From a virus, in the IMG/VR virus record IMGVR_UViG_3300025767_000013, positions 6,658-70,657 of that record: 64,000 nt of DNA. One strand, 5' to 3'. The position numbers and the translations under genes are program-made. Positions 40,901 to 48,192 of the stretch are shown one piece after another. The notes beneath the pieces are model-generated. The model had not been told where the DNA came from. It was given only the letters and a program-made list of their open reading frames with translations, and ran no database searches. Positions within the stretch are counted from its first letter, which is position 1. Each line of letters opens with the position of its first letter.

Positions 40901-43900
40901 CCTGAATCAACCCCAACAACCGCAGTTCCATTTAGTAATGTAACCGAAGTAACTATTGTTCACAACTTCGATGTAGAATACCCAATTGTTCAGGTTTATG
41001 AAACTGGTTCAAATGGAATGATTATTCCACAATCTATCGAACCAACTGATAACAATACCGTAGTTGTAACCTTTAGTGGTTTGACAAGTGGTTGGGTAGT
41101 TGTAGGTAGTGGTGGTTCTAAGATTAGTGGAGCAATTAGTGGTGATAATGTAATTGGTATCGTACCATCCGCATCAAGAGCAATCACAGCAGAAACTGCT
41201 GATGTAGCATTGAATGTACAGGGTATCGATTCGGAATCTTTAGCATTATTAAACGATTTACAAAATTTTGTAAGAAACGAACAAACCGCATCAATGACGG
41301 TGTTAAGTTCTTCTTACGCAGTAACCGCATCATTCGCATTAAATGCTGGCGCTGGTGGAGGTGGAGATATTAGTTCTGATATAACTGCATCTATGCAGGT
41401 TGGTACCGCATCTTTAGCATATTTTGCATTAACCGCATCTTACGCATTGAATGCTGGACAAGGTGGTGGAGATTTAACTTCAGACCAAACCGCATCAATG
41501 TATGTTTATTCAGCATCGTTTGCTTCAATTGCGGAATATGCATTAAACGCTTTAGATGGTGGTGGAAGTGGATTCCCATTCTCTGGTTCAGCCGAATTAA
41601 CTGGTAGTTTATTATTAACTGGTAGTTTAGGAATAACTGGTAGTGTATATATCAATACCTTAGAAAGTGGTTCATCCAATTTCGTAGTTACCTATAACGA
41701 AACAACTGGTAGATTAGAAAAAAGAGATATTGAAGCCGCTCAAGGTGCAGATGGTACTTCTGGTACCTCTGGAACAAGCGGAACTTCTGGTATAAGTGGA
41801 ACCAATGGTACTTCTGGTACTTCTGGAACAAGTGGAACTTCCGGTACATCTGGAACAAGTGGAACTTCCGGTACATCTGGAACATCTGGAACATCGGGTA
41901 CTTCTGGAACAAGCGGAACTTCTGGTTCAGATGGAACATCTGGTTCTTCTGGTTCAAGCGGAAGTAGTGGTTCATCTGGTTCGTCTGGAACTTCTGGAAC
42001 AAGTGGTACTTCTGGAACAAGCGGAACATCGGGTTCATCTGGTTCAAGCGGTAGTAGTGGTTCAAGTGGTAGTAGTGGTTCTTCTGGAACTTCTGGTTCT
42101 TCGGGCTCAAGCGGAAGTAGTGGTACTTCTGGTTCATCTGGCTCATCTGGTTCAAGCGGAAGTAGTGGTTCATCTGGCACATCCGGTTCATCTGGCTCAT
42201 CTGGTTCGTCTGGAACAAGCGGAAGTAGTGGAAGTAGTGGAACATCGGGTTCAAGCGGTTCTTCTGGAACAAGCGGAAGTAGTGGAACATCTGGGTCATC
42301 TGGAACTGCGGGTACATCAGGTTCATCTGGTTCATCTGGAACTTCGGGTACATCTGGTACTACTGGTAGAGAGGGTGGTAGATTATTTGAAGTAATTAAT
42401 GAAGATTTTAACTACGCAATAGCTGGTTACGATGATACCACATTCCCAACATTAACATTAGTAAGGGGTGAACTTTATTACTTTGATGTTAGTGGAGTTT
42501 CATCCTCACACCCATTCGCATTAAGATTATCATCTGGTAATACAAATGATATAGATGGTACAATAAATAATGACCCAACAAATGGTAATTATGGTACCAA
42601 TACACTAATACAATACAGAGTTCCTGAGGATGCTCCTAATAGTTTAGTTTATCAATGTGTTAACCACTCATCAATGATTGGTATAATTGAAATTGTAAAC
42701 AAAAATGGTACATCTGGAACTTCTGGAACCTCTGGCACAAGTGGAACTTCGGGTACATCTGGTTCAACTGGTTCTGCTGGTACATCTGGGACAAGTGGTA
42801 CATCTGGTACCTCTGGTACATCAGGTTCTTCTGGTACTTCTGGTTCATCTGGAAGTAGTGGAACTTCGGGTACATCTGGTTCATCGGGTTCAAGCGGAAC
42901 TTCTGGAAGTAGTGGTTCATCTGGCTCATCTGGTTCATCTGGTAGCAGTGGTTCTTCTGGCTCATCTGGTACATCTGGTTCATCGGGTTCAAGCGGAACT
43001 TCTGGAAGTAGTGGTTCGAATGGTTCATCAGGTTCATCTGGTACATCGGGTTCATCTGGTATAAGTGGAACCTCAGGTACCTCTGGTTCTTCTGGTACAA
43101 GTGGTGAAAGTGGTTCTTCGGGAACTTCTGGAACCTCTGGGACAAGTGGAACTTCGGGTATAGATGGAACCAGCGGAACATCTGGAACTTCGGGTACTTC
43201 TGGAACTTCAGGTTCAACAGGTTCAGCTGGAACTTCTGGAACTTCTGGAACTAGTGGTACGAGTGGAACATCTGGTGAAGCTGGTAGTAGTGGTACTTCG
43301 GGTACCTCTGGAACAAGCGGAACTTCCGGAACCTCTGGTACAAGTGGTACATCTGGCACATCGGGTACTTCTGGTACCGATGGAACTTCAGGTACAAGCG
43401 GAACATCAGGTACATCTGGTTCAACTGGAACCGCTGGTACATCTGGAACTTCTGGAACAAGTGGAACAAGCGGAACTTCTGGTTCTGATGGAACATCGGG
43501 TACTTCTGGTACAAGTGGAACTTCAGGTTCAACTGGAACCGCTGGTACTTCTGGAACAAGTGGAACAAGCGGAAGTAGTGGTAGAGATGGAACTTCGGGT
43601 ACTTCTGGTACAAGCGGAACTTCGGGTTCAACAGGAACTGCTGGTACGAGTGGAAGTAGTGGAACTTCTGGAACATCTGGTTCAGATGGAACATCAGGTT
43701 CATCTGGAACAAGTGGTTCATCTGGCTCATCTGGTACAAGTGGAACAAGCGGAAGTAGTGGTTCATCTGGAACTTCTGGAAGTAGTGGTTCTTCTGGTAC
43801 AAGCGGTTCTTCTGGCACAAGTGGAACATCTGGAACTTCGGGCTCATCTGGTTTAGATGGTACTTTATTTGGAAGTAGTGGAACTTCAGGCACCTCCGGT

Positions 43901-46111
43901 TCTTCTGGAACCTCTGGTTCATCTGGTACATCGGGCTCATCTGGTGTAGATGGTACTTTCTTCGGAACACATGGTACAAGCGGAACATCAGGTTCAACCG
44001 GTACATCTGGTTCATCGGGTCAAAGTGGAACAAGTGGTTCATCTGGAACAAGCGGAACTTCTGGTTCTTCTGGTATAGATGGAACTTATTTTGGTTCATC
44101 GGGTACTTCTGGGACAAGTGGTTCGACTGGTACTTCGGGTTCAAGCGGAACAAGCGGAACCTCTGGTTCATCCGGTGTAGATGGTACTTTCTTTGGAAGT
44201 AGTGGTTCATCTGGTACTTCTGGAACAAGTGGGGTGAGTGGAACCTCTGGTTCAACTGGTACTTCTGGAACAAGCGGTTCTTCTGGTATTGATGGGACAT
44301 TCTTTGGTTCTTCGGGTACTTCTGGTACATCGGGTGCGGGTTCTTCTGGTACATCAGGTTCTTCTGGATTTGATGGAACTTCTGGAACAAGCGGTTCTTC
44401 TGGTATTGATGGGACATTCTTTGGTTCATCTGGTACAAGCGGTACATCTGGAGCTGGAACTTCTGGGACAAGTGGTAGTAGTGGTACCAATGGTTCACAC
44501 GGAACCTCTGGTTCTTCTGGTTTAGATGGAACTTTCTTCGGTTCCTCTGGTACAAGCGGTACTTCTGGAGCAGGTTCATCGGGTACATCTGGTTCATCTG
44601 GTACATCTGGTACAAGCGGTTCATCTGGTTTAGATGGCACTTTCTTTGGAAGTTCGGGTACTTCAGGTACTTCTGGAGCTGGAACTTCTGGAACTTCGGG
44701 TTCTAATGGTTCCTCTGGTACATCTGGAACTTCTGGTTCATCTGGTTTAGATGGCACTTTCTTTGGTTCATCTGGTACTTCTGGTACTTCAGGTGCCGGA
44801 ACTTCTGGTTCATCTGGTGTAAGTGGTACAAGCGGAACCTCTGGTTCTTCAGGTTTAGACGGAACTTATTTTGGTTCTTCTGGTACATCAGGTACTTCGG
44901 GTGCTGGAACTTCTGGAACAAGTGGGATTAGTGGAGAGAGTGGTACTTCTGGTACAAGTGGAAGTAGTGGTTTAGATGGAACTTATTTTGGTTCATCTGG
45001 TACTTCGGGTACTTCTGGTGCTGGAACTTCTGGTACAAGTGGAGTTAGTGGAACATCGGGTACCTCTGGTTCTTCTGGTGTTGATGGTACACTATTCGGT
45101 TCATCTGGTACTTCTGGTACTTCAGGTGCTGGGACAAGTGGAACATCAGGTTCATCTGGAGTAGATGGTTCTAATGGTACCTCTGGTTCTTCTGGTGTGG
45201 ATGGAACTTTATTTGGTTCTTCGGGTACATCAGGTACATCAGGGGCTGGAACTTCTGGTTCATCTGGTCTAAGTGGTTCAAACGGAACTTCGGGTTCATC
45301 TGGTGTTGATGGTACTCTATTTGGTTCAAGTGGTACTTCGGGCACTTCTGGAGCAGGTTCATCGGGTACATCTGGTTCATCTGGTATTGGGACAAATGGA
45401 ACTTCGGGTTCGTCTGGTGTTGATGGTACATTATTTGGTTCTTCTGGTACTTCTGGTACATCAGGTGCTGGTTCTTCTGGTACTTCGGGTATTAGTGGCT
45501 CATTTGGAACTTCGGGTACTTCTGGTTTGGATGGAACATTCTTTGGTTCATCCGGTTCGTCTGGTGTAGATGGAACTTCTGGTTCATCTGGTATTGATGG
45601 ATTGAGTGGTACTTCTGGTACTTCGGGTTCGTCTGGAACAAGCATCACTCCAACCGGAACAACTGATAATGGTGTATTAACCTTCATCAATTCAACAGGC
45701 GGAGTTCAAGTTGAACCAAATATTACATTCGATGGTTCATTGTTGGATGTTACCGGTGCAGTTGAAGCTAGTTCTTACATCTACTCAACAAACTTCAGAG
45801 AATTGTTCTCTAATTTGGGTAGTGGTGGTTCTACAACAATCAACTTAACAACGGCTAACAACTTCCAATATACGGTTACCACAACTACAACATTTACATT
45901 CTCTAACCCACCATCGGGTCCAAGAGCATTTGGTTTCACATTCGCACTAATCAATGGTGGTTCACAAACAATCACATGGCCAGCATCAGTTAAGTGGGCT
46001 AGTGGTGTGGCACCTGCATTAACCGCAAGTGGAACGGATATTTTGGTATTCTATACTTATGATGGAGGAACCTCTTACTATGGTTTCTTATCAGCAGCAA
46101 ATATGAGTTAA
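34904..46111 (+). CDS. giant fibre protein (3735 aa) with SGS beta-repeats, collagen-like tracts and a cupredoxin-like domain
   Basis: Many SGSVTASVSP..GF.V.S..SGS.F.GS..G.G..LFNIP repeats; Gly-X-Ser tracts; HPF...YQCVNHSSM; C-terminal ITWPASVKW...GTDILVFYTYDGG fibre-tip domain. Confidence 0.85.
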   Translation: MSQLLSGKVKVTRPQDVSADRYEYLRLNEAEPNFGVPEAGLIDTGSVALIATDYEGNRLFVTRIQLEEYSGSFSGSFQGDGSQLTNLPDTSRLISGSASASISPNFGFLVNVSSSFDGDIDVNGDVRIIGDLYVDNRIVARELLVEIISSSIIFSSGSNRFGNTTADSQELTGSVGITGSLNVDGNTNLTYNVVVGENLDVSGSVNIGGDLSTNNITASYVSSSFFEGDGSRLFNLPAAAESTRIVDGNVTASVSNEEGFIVISVDSGSQFTGSLFVSGNIEINSGSSFSGSGENLFNIPRAALTPDALLSSFIVSGSVTASVDPNEGFVVTSIESGSTFSGSIFMASGSFISSSGRLFFDIPRSALTEDALLSSFIASGSVTASVSPDKGFVVTSVQSGSTFSGSIFLASGSYISGSGEQLFDIPFSALSDEAQAAVEAVLSFQAGRIATGSVTASVDANRGFIVESPIYGSEFTGSLEVTSYVSASMFTGSGAGLYDIPRSALTEDALLSAFIVSGSVTASVSPDKGFLVTSTASGSTFSGSVFLSSGSFFSGSGEKLFNIPRSALSPDALVSSLIASGSVTASTSPDRGFVVVSQASGSEFTGSVDIRGNIIATGNVSASIFSGSGAGLFNIPKSALADEVLIATQISTGSVTASVSDVYGFRVESLLKGSEFTGSIDVTGDIRLNSGSVFVTSGSFFSGSGEKLFNIPLSALAEEVVASTQIAEGDVSASVDFRDGFIVKSIKSGSSFQGKVSVTGSLFVSGSTIEIYSGSFSGSGAKLFDIPRAALTPDALLTPLIVSGAITASVSPDRGFVVVSVNSGSEFTGSVDVLGAVTASAFRGSGRDLTDVSVTSMSTGSATASVSADGQFNVTSPLGTNINGSITTTGNITAASYVSASTFKGSGAELTDIVSTEIVSGSVSARVTPEDGFVVTSIESGSFFDGDVFVNGIVQAGSGNYFSGSGEGLFNIPRAALTEDALVTSFIASGSVTASTSPNFGFRVESAASGSQITGSLRVNDTLQVTSTDVRAIIGKFFSGSGQGLTNIPRSALTEDALISTFIASGSVTASVAPKDGFVVTSVTSGSTFYGEVRVASGSSYSGSGAKLFNIPKSAISDLDTSKIFSGSVTASTSPQNGFVVTSTVSGSTFYGELRVITGSSFSGSGAKLFDIPRTALTEDALLSSFIASGSVTASTSPNKGFVVTSTASGSTFSGSIFLSSGSFFSGSGEKLFNIPRTALTPDALVSTLIASGSATASISPVEGFVVNTSSSIDGDLTVTGKITATELNVTFINSEVIYSSGSNIFGDSLTNDTQQMTGSVEVTGSLTVEGVITGDGSGLYNIPQSALTEAATLIASGSVTASVDPDAGFVVTSVDNGSTFSGSVYLSSGSFFSGSGENLFNIPRTAFSGDSFRIASGSVTASVSPDFGFVVESVDSGSIFSGSIYLSSGSFFSGSGENLFNIPLSALSEISSFIASGSVTASVSPDFGFVVTSVESGSTFSGSIFLSSGSSFSGSGENLFNIPRSALTQDALISTEIKSGSVTASVSPDFGFVVISEASGSTFSGSVVVSGSVDAQIVRADELSGSFSGSFFGDGGGLTNIQLANLSLEISRIASGSVTASTSPDGFIVESTESGSFISGSVEITGSLTVIDGIITGDGSGLRNIDIANLAIDSSRIFTGSVTASVQQDGFFRVGDGSEFNPVKSEFSGSVFVSESLYVNQFIFGDGTYLQNVTAAASPRIQSGSVTASVSPVYGFRVESEKSGSEFTGSVNISGSISASLYVGDGSGLFNIPPESIEGLELFKINSGSGIAIIDPDKLDVNVPITASRYDGDGSGLFNIPAESLTDLKLDRIESGSAIALISPNKGLEVNVDVNLSQSLYVSGGIFVTGSDVVLASGSTFIGDGSGLTNINIANLSFETSLLQSGSAIAQISPNLGFVINVSSSISGNLDVTNQIYAPIIRGGEISGSLYGGYYGEGDAEDRDILIYDAARSKYVPVPESTPTTAVPFSNVTEVTIVHNFDVEYPIVQVYETGSNGMIIPQSIEPTDNNTVVVTFSGLTSGWVVVGSGGSKISGAISGDNVIGIVPSASRAITAETADVALNVQGIDSESLALLNDLQNFVRNEQTASMTVLSSSYAVTASFALNAGAGGGGDISSDITASMQVGTASLAYFALTASYALNAGQGGGDLTSDQTASMYVYSASFASIAEYALNALDGGGSGFPFSGSAELTGSLLLTGSLGITGSVYINTLESGSSNFVVTYNETTGRLEKRDIEAAQGADGTSGTSGTSGTSGISGTNGTSGTSGTSGTSGTSGTSGTSGTSGTSGTSGTSGTSGTSGSDGTSGSSGSSGSSGSSGSSGTSGTSGTSGTSGTSGSSGSSGSSGSSGSSGSSGTSGSSGSSGSSGTSGSSGSSGSSGSSGSSGTSGSSGSSGSSGTSGSSGSSGTSGSSGSSGTSGSSGTSGSSGTAGTSGSSGSSGTSGTSGTTGREGGRLFEVINEDFNYAIAGYDDTTFPTLTLVRGELYYFDVSGVSSSHPFALRLSSGNTNDIDGTINNDPTNGNYGTNTLIQYRVPEDAPNSLVYQCVNHSSMIGIIEIVNKNGTSGTSGTSGTSGTSGTSGSTGSAGTSGTSGTSGTSGTSGSSGTSGSSGSSGTSGTSGSSGSSGTSGSSGSSGSSGSSGSSGSSGSSGTSGSSGSSGTSGSSGSNGSSGSSGTSGSSGISGTSGTSGSSGTSGESGSSGTSGTSGTSGTSGIDGTSGTSGTSGTSGTSGSTGSAGTSGTSGTSGTSGTSGEAGSSGTSGTSGTSGTSGTSGTSGTSGTSGTSGTDGTSGTSGTSGTSGSTGTAGTSGTSGTSGTSGTSGSDGTSGTSGTSGTSGSTGTAGTSGTSGTSGSSGRDGTSGTSGTSGTSGSTGTAGTSGSSGTSGTSGSDGTSGSSGTSGSSGSSGTSGTSGSSGSSGTSGSSGSSGTSGSSGTSGTSGTSGSSGLDGTLFGSSGTSGTSGSSGTSGSSGTSGSSGVDGTFFGTHGTSGTSGSTGTSGSSGQSGTSGSSGTSGTSGSSGIDGTYFGSSGTSGTSGSTGTSGSSGTSGTSGSSGVDGTFFGSSGSSGTSGTSGVSGTSGSTGTSGTSGSSGIDGTFFGSSGTSGTSGAGSSGTSGSSGFDGTSGTSGSSGIDGTFFGSSGTSGTSGAGTSGTSGSSGTNGSHGTSGSSGLDGTFFGSSGTSGTSGAGSSGTSGSSGTSGTSGSSGLDGTFFGSSGTSGTSGAGTSGTSGSNGSSGTSGTSGSSGLDGTFFGSSGTSGTSGAGTSGSSGVSGTSGTSGSSGLDGTYFGSSGTSGTSGAGTSGTSGISGESGTSGTSGSSGLDGTYFGSSGTSGTSGAGTSGTSGVSGTSGTSGSSGVDGTLFGSSGTSGTSGAGTSGTSGSSGVDGSNGTSGSSGVDGTLFGSSGTSGTSGAGTSGSSGLSGSNGTSGSSGVDGTLFGSSGTSGTSGAGSSGTSGSSGIGTNGTSGSSGVDGTLFGSSGTSGTSGAGSSGTSGISGSFGTSGTSGLDGTFFGSSGSSGVDGTSGSSGIDGLSGTSGTSGSSGTSITPTGTTDNGVLTFINSTGGVQVEPNITFDGSLLDVTGAVEASSYIYSTNFRELFSNLGSGGSTTINLTTANNFQYTVTTTTTFTFSNPPSGPRAFGFTFALINGGSQTITWPASVKWASGVAPALTASGTDILVFYTYDGGTSYYGFLSAANMS
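41744..42370 (+). repeat. collagen-like (Gly-Thr/Ser-Ser)n tract 1
   Basis: About 210 aa of GTS/GSS triplets. Confidence 0.9.
42707..45643 (+). repeat. collagen-like (Gly-Thr/Ser-Ser)n tract 2 with 16 GxDGT(F/L/Y)FG interruptions
   Basis: About 980 aa of Gly-X-Y; interruptions between about 43850 and 45550. Confidence 0.9.
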
Positions 46112-46121
46112 TAGAAAAGTT

Positions 46122-47000
46122 ATGAGTATAGCAAGAAGATTAGTATCGAGTGCGGGGGGAGGTGAAACCGAACCCTTTCAATTTACCCTAACTTTATCTG
46201 GTGGACAAGTTTACGAACTTCCATTGGTAAGTTATTTGGGATTGGAACCCAATGTCATTGTTGATTGGGGTGATGGGACAAGTGATACCTATATCACAAG
46301 TTCAACTGATGTTGGTAGATATCATACCTATTCTTCTGGTGGAACTTATCAAGTATCTGTTATTGGATTTATGCCAGGATTTAGGGTTGATAATAGTTCT
46401 TACCGATTATTATACACTTCGGTAGATAGCTGGGGAGATGTTGGTGTAAGGAGTATTAACTTTTATGGTTGTACTAATTTAACATCAATTCCCGGTGGAG
46501 CAGTTGGATTGGGAAGGGTGAGTGTATTCAACAACACTTTTAGAGGAACTGGATTAACTTCAATCCCATCTGATTTATTCCAATATTCATCAGTTGCTAC
46601 TCAGTTTGTGGATACTTTTTCATTTACTGGAATCACAACAATTCCAAATAATTTGTTTGATAATTCACCTAATGTATCAATATTCAACTCAACATTTAAT
46701 GCATGTTTATCGTTGGTAAGTGTACCAAATGAATTGTTTAGATACAACACTCAGGTTATTAACTTTTCATCGGCATTTAGAAATTGTAGAGCATTAACTA
46801 ATATACCAACATTTCAGTATAATCTTTCAGTAACAACTTTTGCTAATATATTTAATATGAGTTCTACCACAAATGGTTCATCGAATTGGGGAACTGTTGA
46901 GGCACTATGGGATAGGGAACCTGAGCCATTGGGAATAAACGCATTTAATAATTGTACTGGAATTACGAACTATGCAGTAATACCTATAAATTGGAAATAA
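46122..47000 (+). CDS. putative fibre-tip adhesin with PKD-like and BspA/DUF285-type leucine-rich repeats
   Basis: VDWGDG...HTYSSGGTYQVSV (PKD-like), then F.GT.LTSIP.DLF / FN.C.SL.SVP.ELF repeats; directly after the fibre gene. Confidence 0.7.
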   Translation: MSIARRLVSSAGGGETEPFQFTLTLSGGQVYELPLVSYLGLEPNVIVDWGDGTSDTYITSSTDVGRYHTYSSGGTYQVSVIGFMPGFRVDNSSYRLLYTSVDSWGDVGVRSINFYGCTNLTSIPGGAVGLGRVSVFNNTFRGTGLTSIPSDLFQYSSVATQFVDTFSFTGITTIPNNLFDNSPNVSIFNSTFNACLSLVSVPNELFRYNTQVINFSSAFRNCRALTNIPTFQYNLSVTTFANIFNMSSTTNGSSNWGTVEALWDREPEPLGINAFNNCTGITNYAVIPINWK

Positions 47001-47012
47001 GGAGATAGAGTT

Positions 47013-47465
47013 ATGTATATAAAAATAAAAGATGGAATTATAACATACCCCTATACGATTGGGGAGTTAAAATCAGAAAATCCAAATGTAAGTTTTCCTC
47101 AAGCTATCACTAATGAAGTTTTGGAAAACTTTGGTGTTTATCCAGTAGAATCGGTTGAAGTAACTGATGATTACACAAAAAATATAGTGGAAGGAACTCC
47201 AACACTATCTGGTTCGGTATATATTCAAACTTGGAATATAACCGATGCAACTGAAGAAGAAATTAATATTAAAATTGCAGAAAAGTGGTTGGAAGTTAGA
47301 GATATGAGAGATTCTTTATTATCTCAATCCGATTGGACTCAATTCCAAGATTCACCAATTAGTGGTTCCACTTTAACTGAATGGCAAACATATAGACAAT
47401 CATTACGAGATATAACATCTCAATCAAATCCATTCGATTTAGTTTGGCCTTCCAAACCAATGTAG
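47013..47465 (+). CDS. tail fibre assembly chaperone
   Basis: VRDMRDSLLSQSDWTQ...WQTYRQSLRDIT...WPSKP is the typical phage tail assembly chaperone C-terminus. Confidence 0.85.
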   Translation: MYIKIKDGIITYPYTIGELKSENPNVSFPQAITNEVLENFGVYPVESVEVTDDYTKNIVEGTPTLSGSVYIQTWNITDATEEEINIKIAEKWLEVRDMRDSLLSQSDWTQFQDSPISGSTLTEWQTYRQSLRDITSQSNPFDLVWPSKPM

Positions 47466-47482
47466 TAAACAAAATTTGTTTA

Positions 47483-47490
47483 TATTTATA
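47483..47490 (+). promoter_or_regulatory. putative late promoter element TATTTATA
   Basis: Recurrent motif 25 nt upstream of ATG 47516. Confidence 0.65.
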
Positions 47491-47515
47491 CCTATAAAGA
47501 ATGGAATAGATTACA

Positions 47516-47836
47516 ATGAGAATAGACCAACCCAGTTTTTCCGGCTCAATTACACAAGCTCCTTCGGCATATGCGGACTTAAGTGGTTCGTTTACGGGGA
47601 GTTTTACTGGGTCATTTAAGGGTGATATTTCGGTAGATACAGCAGAGTTTACTAACCTAAGTGTAAGAGATTCTCTTGCAATTGGTTATGAGAAAGATGT
47701 AAATACCGAATATGTAATTGTTGCTAGTGGTTCTATTTCTATTAGTGGTTCCGTTGATTTACAAGGTGGTGGATATAATGTAGATGGGGTAAATGTGTTA
47801 GATTCAGCAATCGCATTTGCAATTGCATTAGGATAA
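47516..47836 (+). CDS. short fibre-like virion protein
   Basis: SGSFTGSFTGSF repeats; ends SAIAFAIALG. Confidence 0.7.
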   Translation: MRIDQPSFSGSITQAPSAYADLSGSFTGSFTGSFKGDISVDTAEFTNLSVRDSLAIGYEKDVNTEYVIVASGSISISGSVDLQGGGYNVDGVNVLDSAIAFAIALG

Positions 47837-47847
47837 AAAGATAAGAT

Positions 47848-48180
47848 ATGGCAAATACATTCAAAAATAGTATAAAAGGACCAGCTGGAACAGCTGGTTT
47901 AGTGGCTTATACCTGTCCTGCCGCAACTTCAGCAACGGTGATTGGTGTAAATGTAGCAAATATTGTAGCACAAAATATCCAAGTAGATGTTCAGATTACT
48001 GATAATTCTGCTTCGGTAACAAAATATTTAGTGAAGGGTGCAACCCTTCCTCAAGGTTCATCAACGATTTTAGTTGGTGGTGACCAAAAAGTGGTATTGG
48101 AAGCAAACGATTCTATTACTGTAAAATCATCGGTGAACGCATCGGTAGATATTGTGGTATCGGTATTAGAAATTACATAA
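47848..48180 (+). CDS. small fibre accessory beta-sandwich protein
   Basis: MANTFKN...YTCPAATSATVIG...KVVLEANDSI...SVLEIT, a type common next to fibre genes. Confidence 0.7.
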   Translation: MANTFKNSIKGPAGTAGLVAYTCPAATSATVIGVNVANIVAQNIQVDVQITDNSASVTKYLVKGATLPQGSSTILVGGDQKVVLEANDSITVKSSVNASVDIVVSVLEIT

Positions 48181-48192
48181 AGATAGAGATTA

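Noticed and set aside
35473-41187. Minus-strand ORFs with EPL/DAVTEP repeats
   Set aside because: Antisense read-out of SGS/TAS repeats; fully inside a well-supported + strand gene.
41744-45643. Possible CRISPR array or DNA satellite
   Set aside because: Repeats are 9-nt coding units with synonymous variation in an open frame; there is no constant repeat with unique spacers and no cas gene.
41688-45690. Long minus-strand and alternate-frame ORFs (PEVP/PDEP-rich, QMNQ-rich, VHLVLLE-rich)
   Set aside because: Shadows of the Gly-Thr/Ser-Ser codon repeats on the + strand; low complexity, with no independent expression signals.
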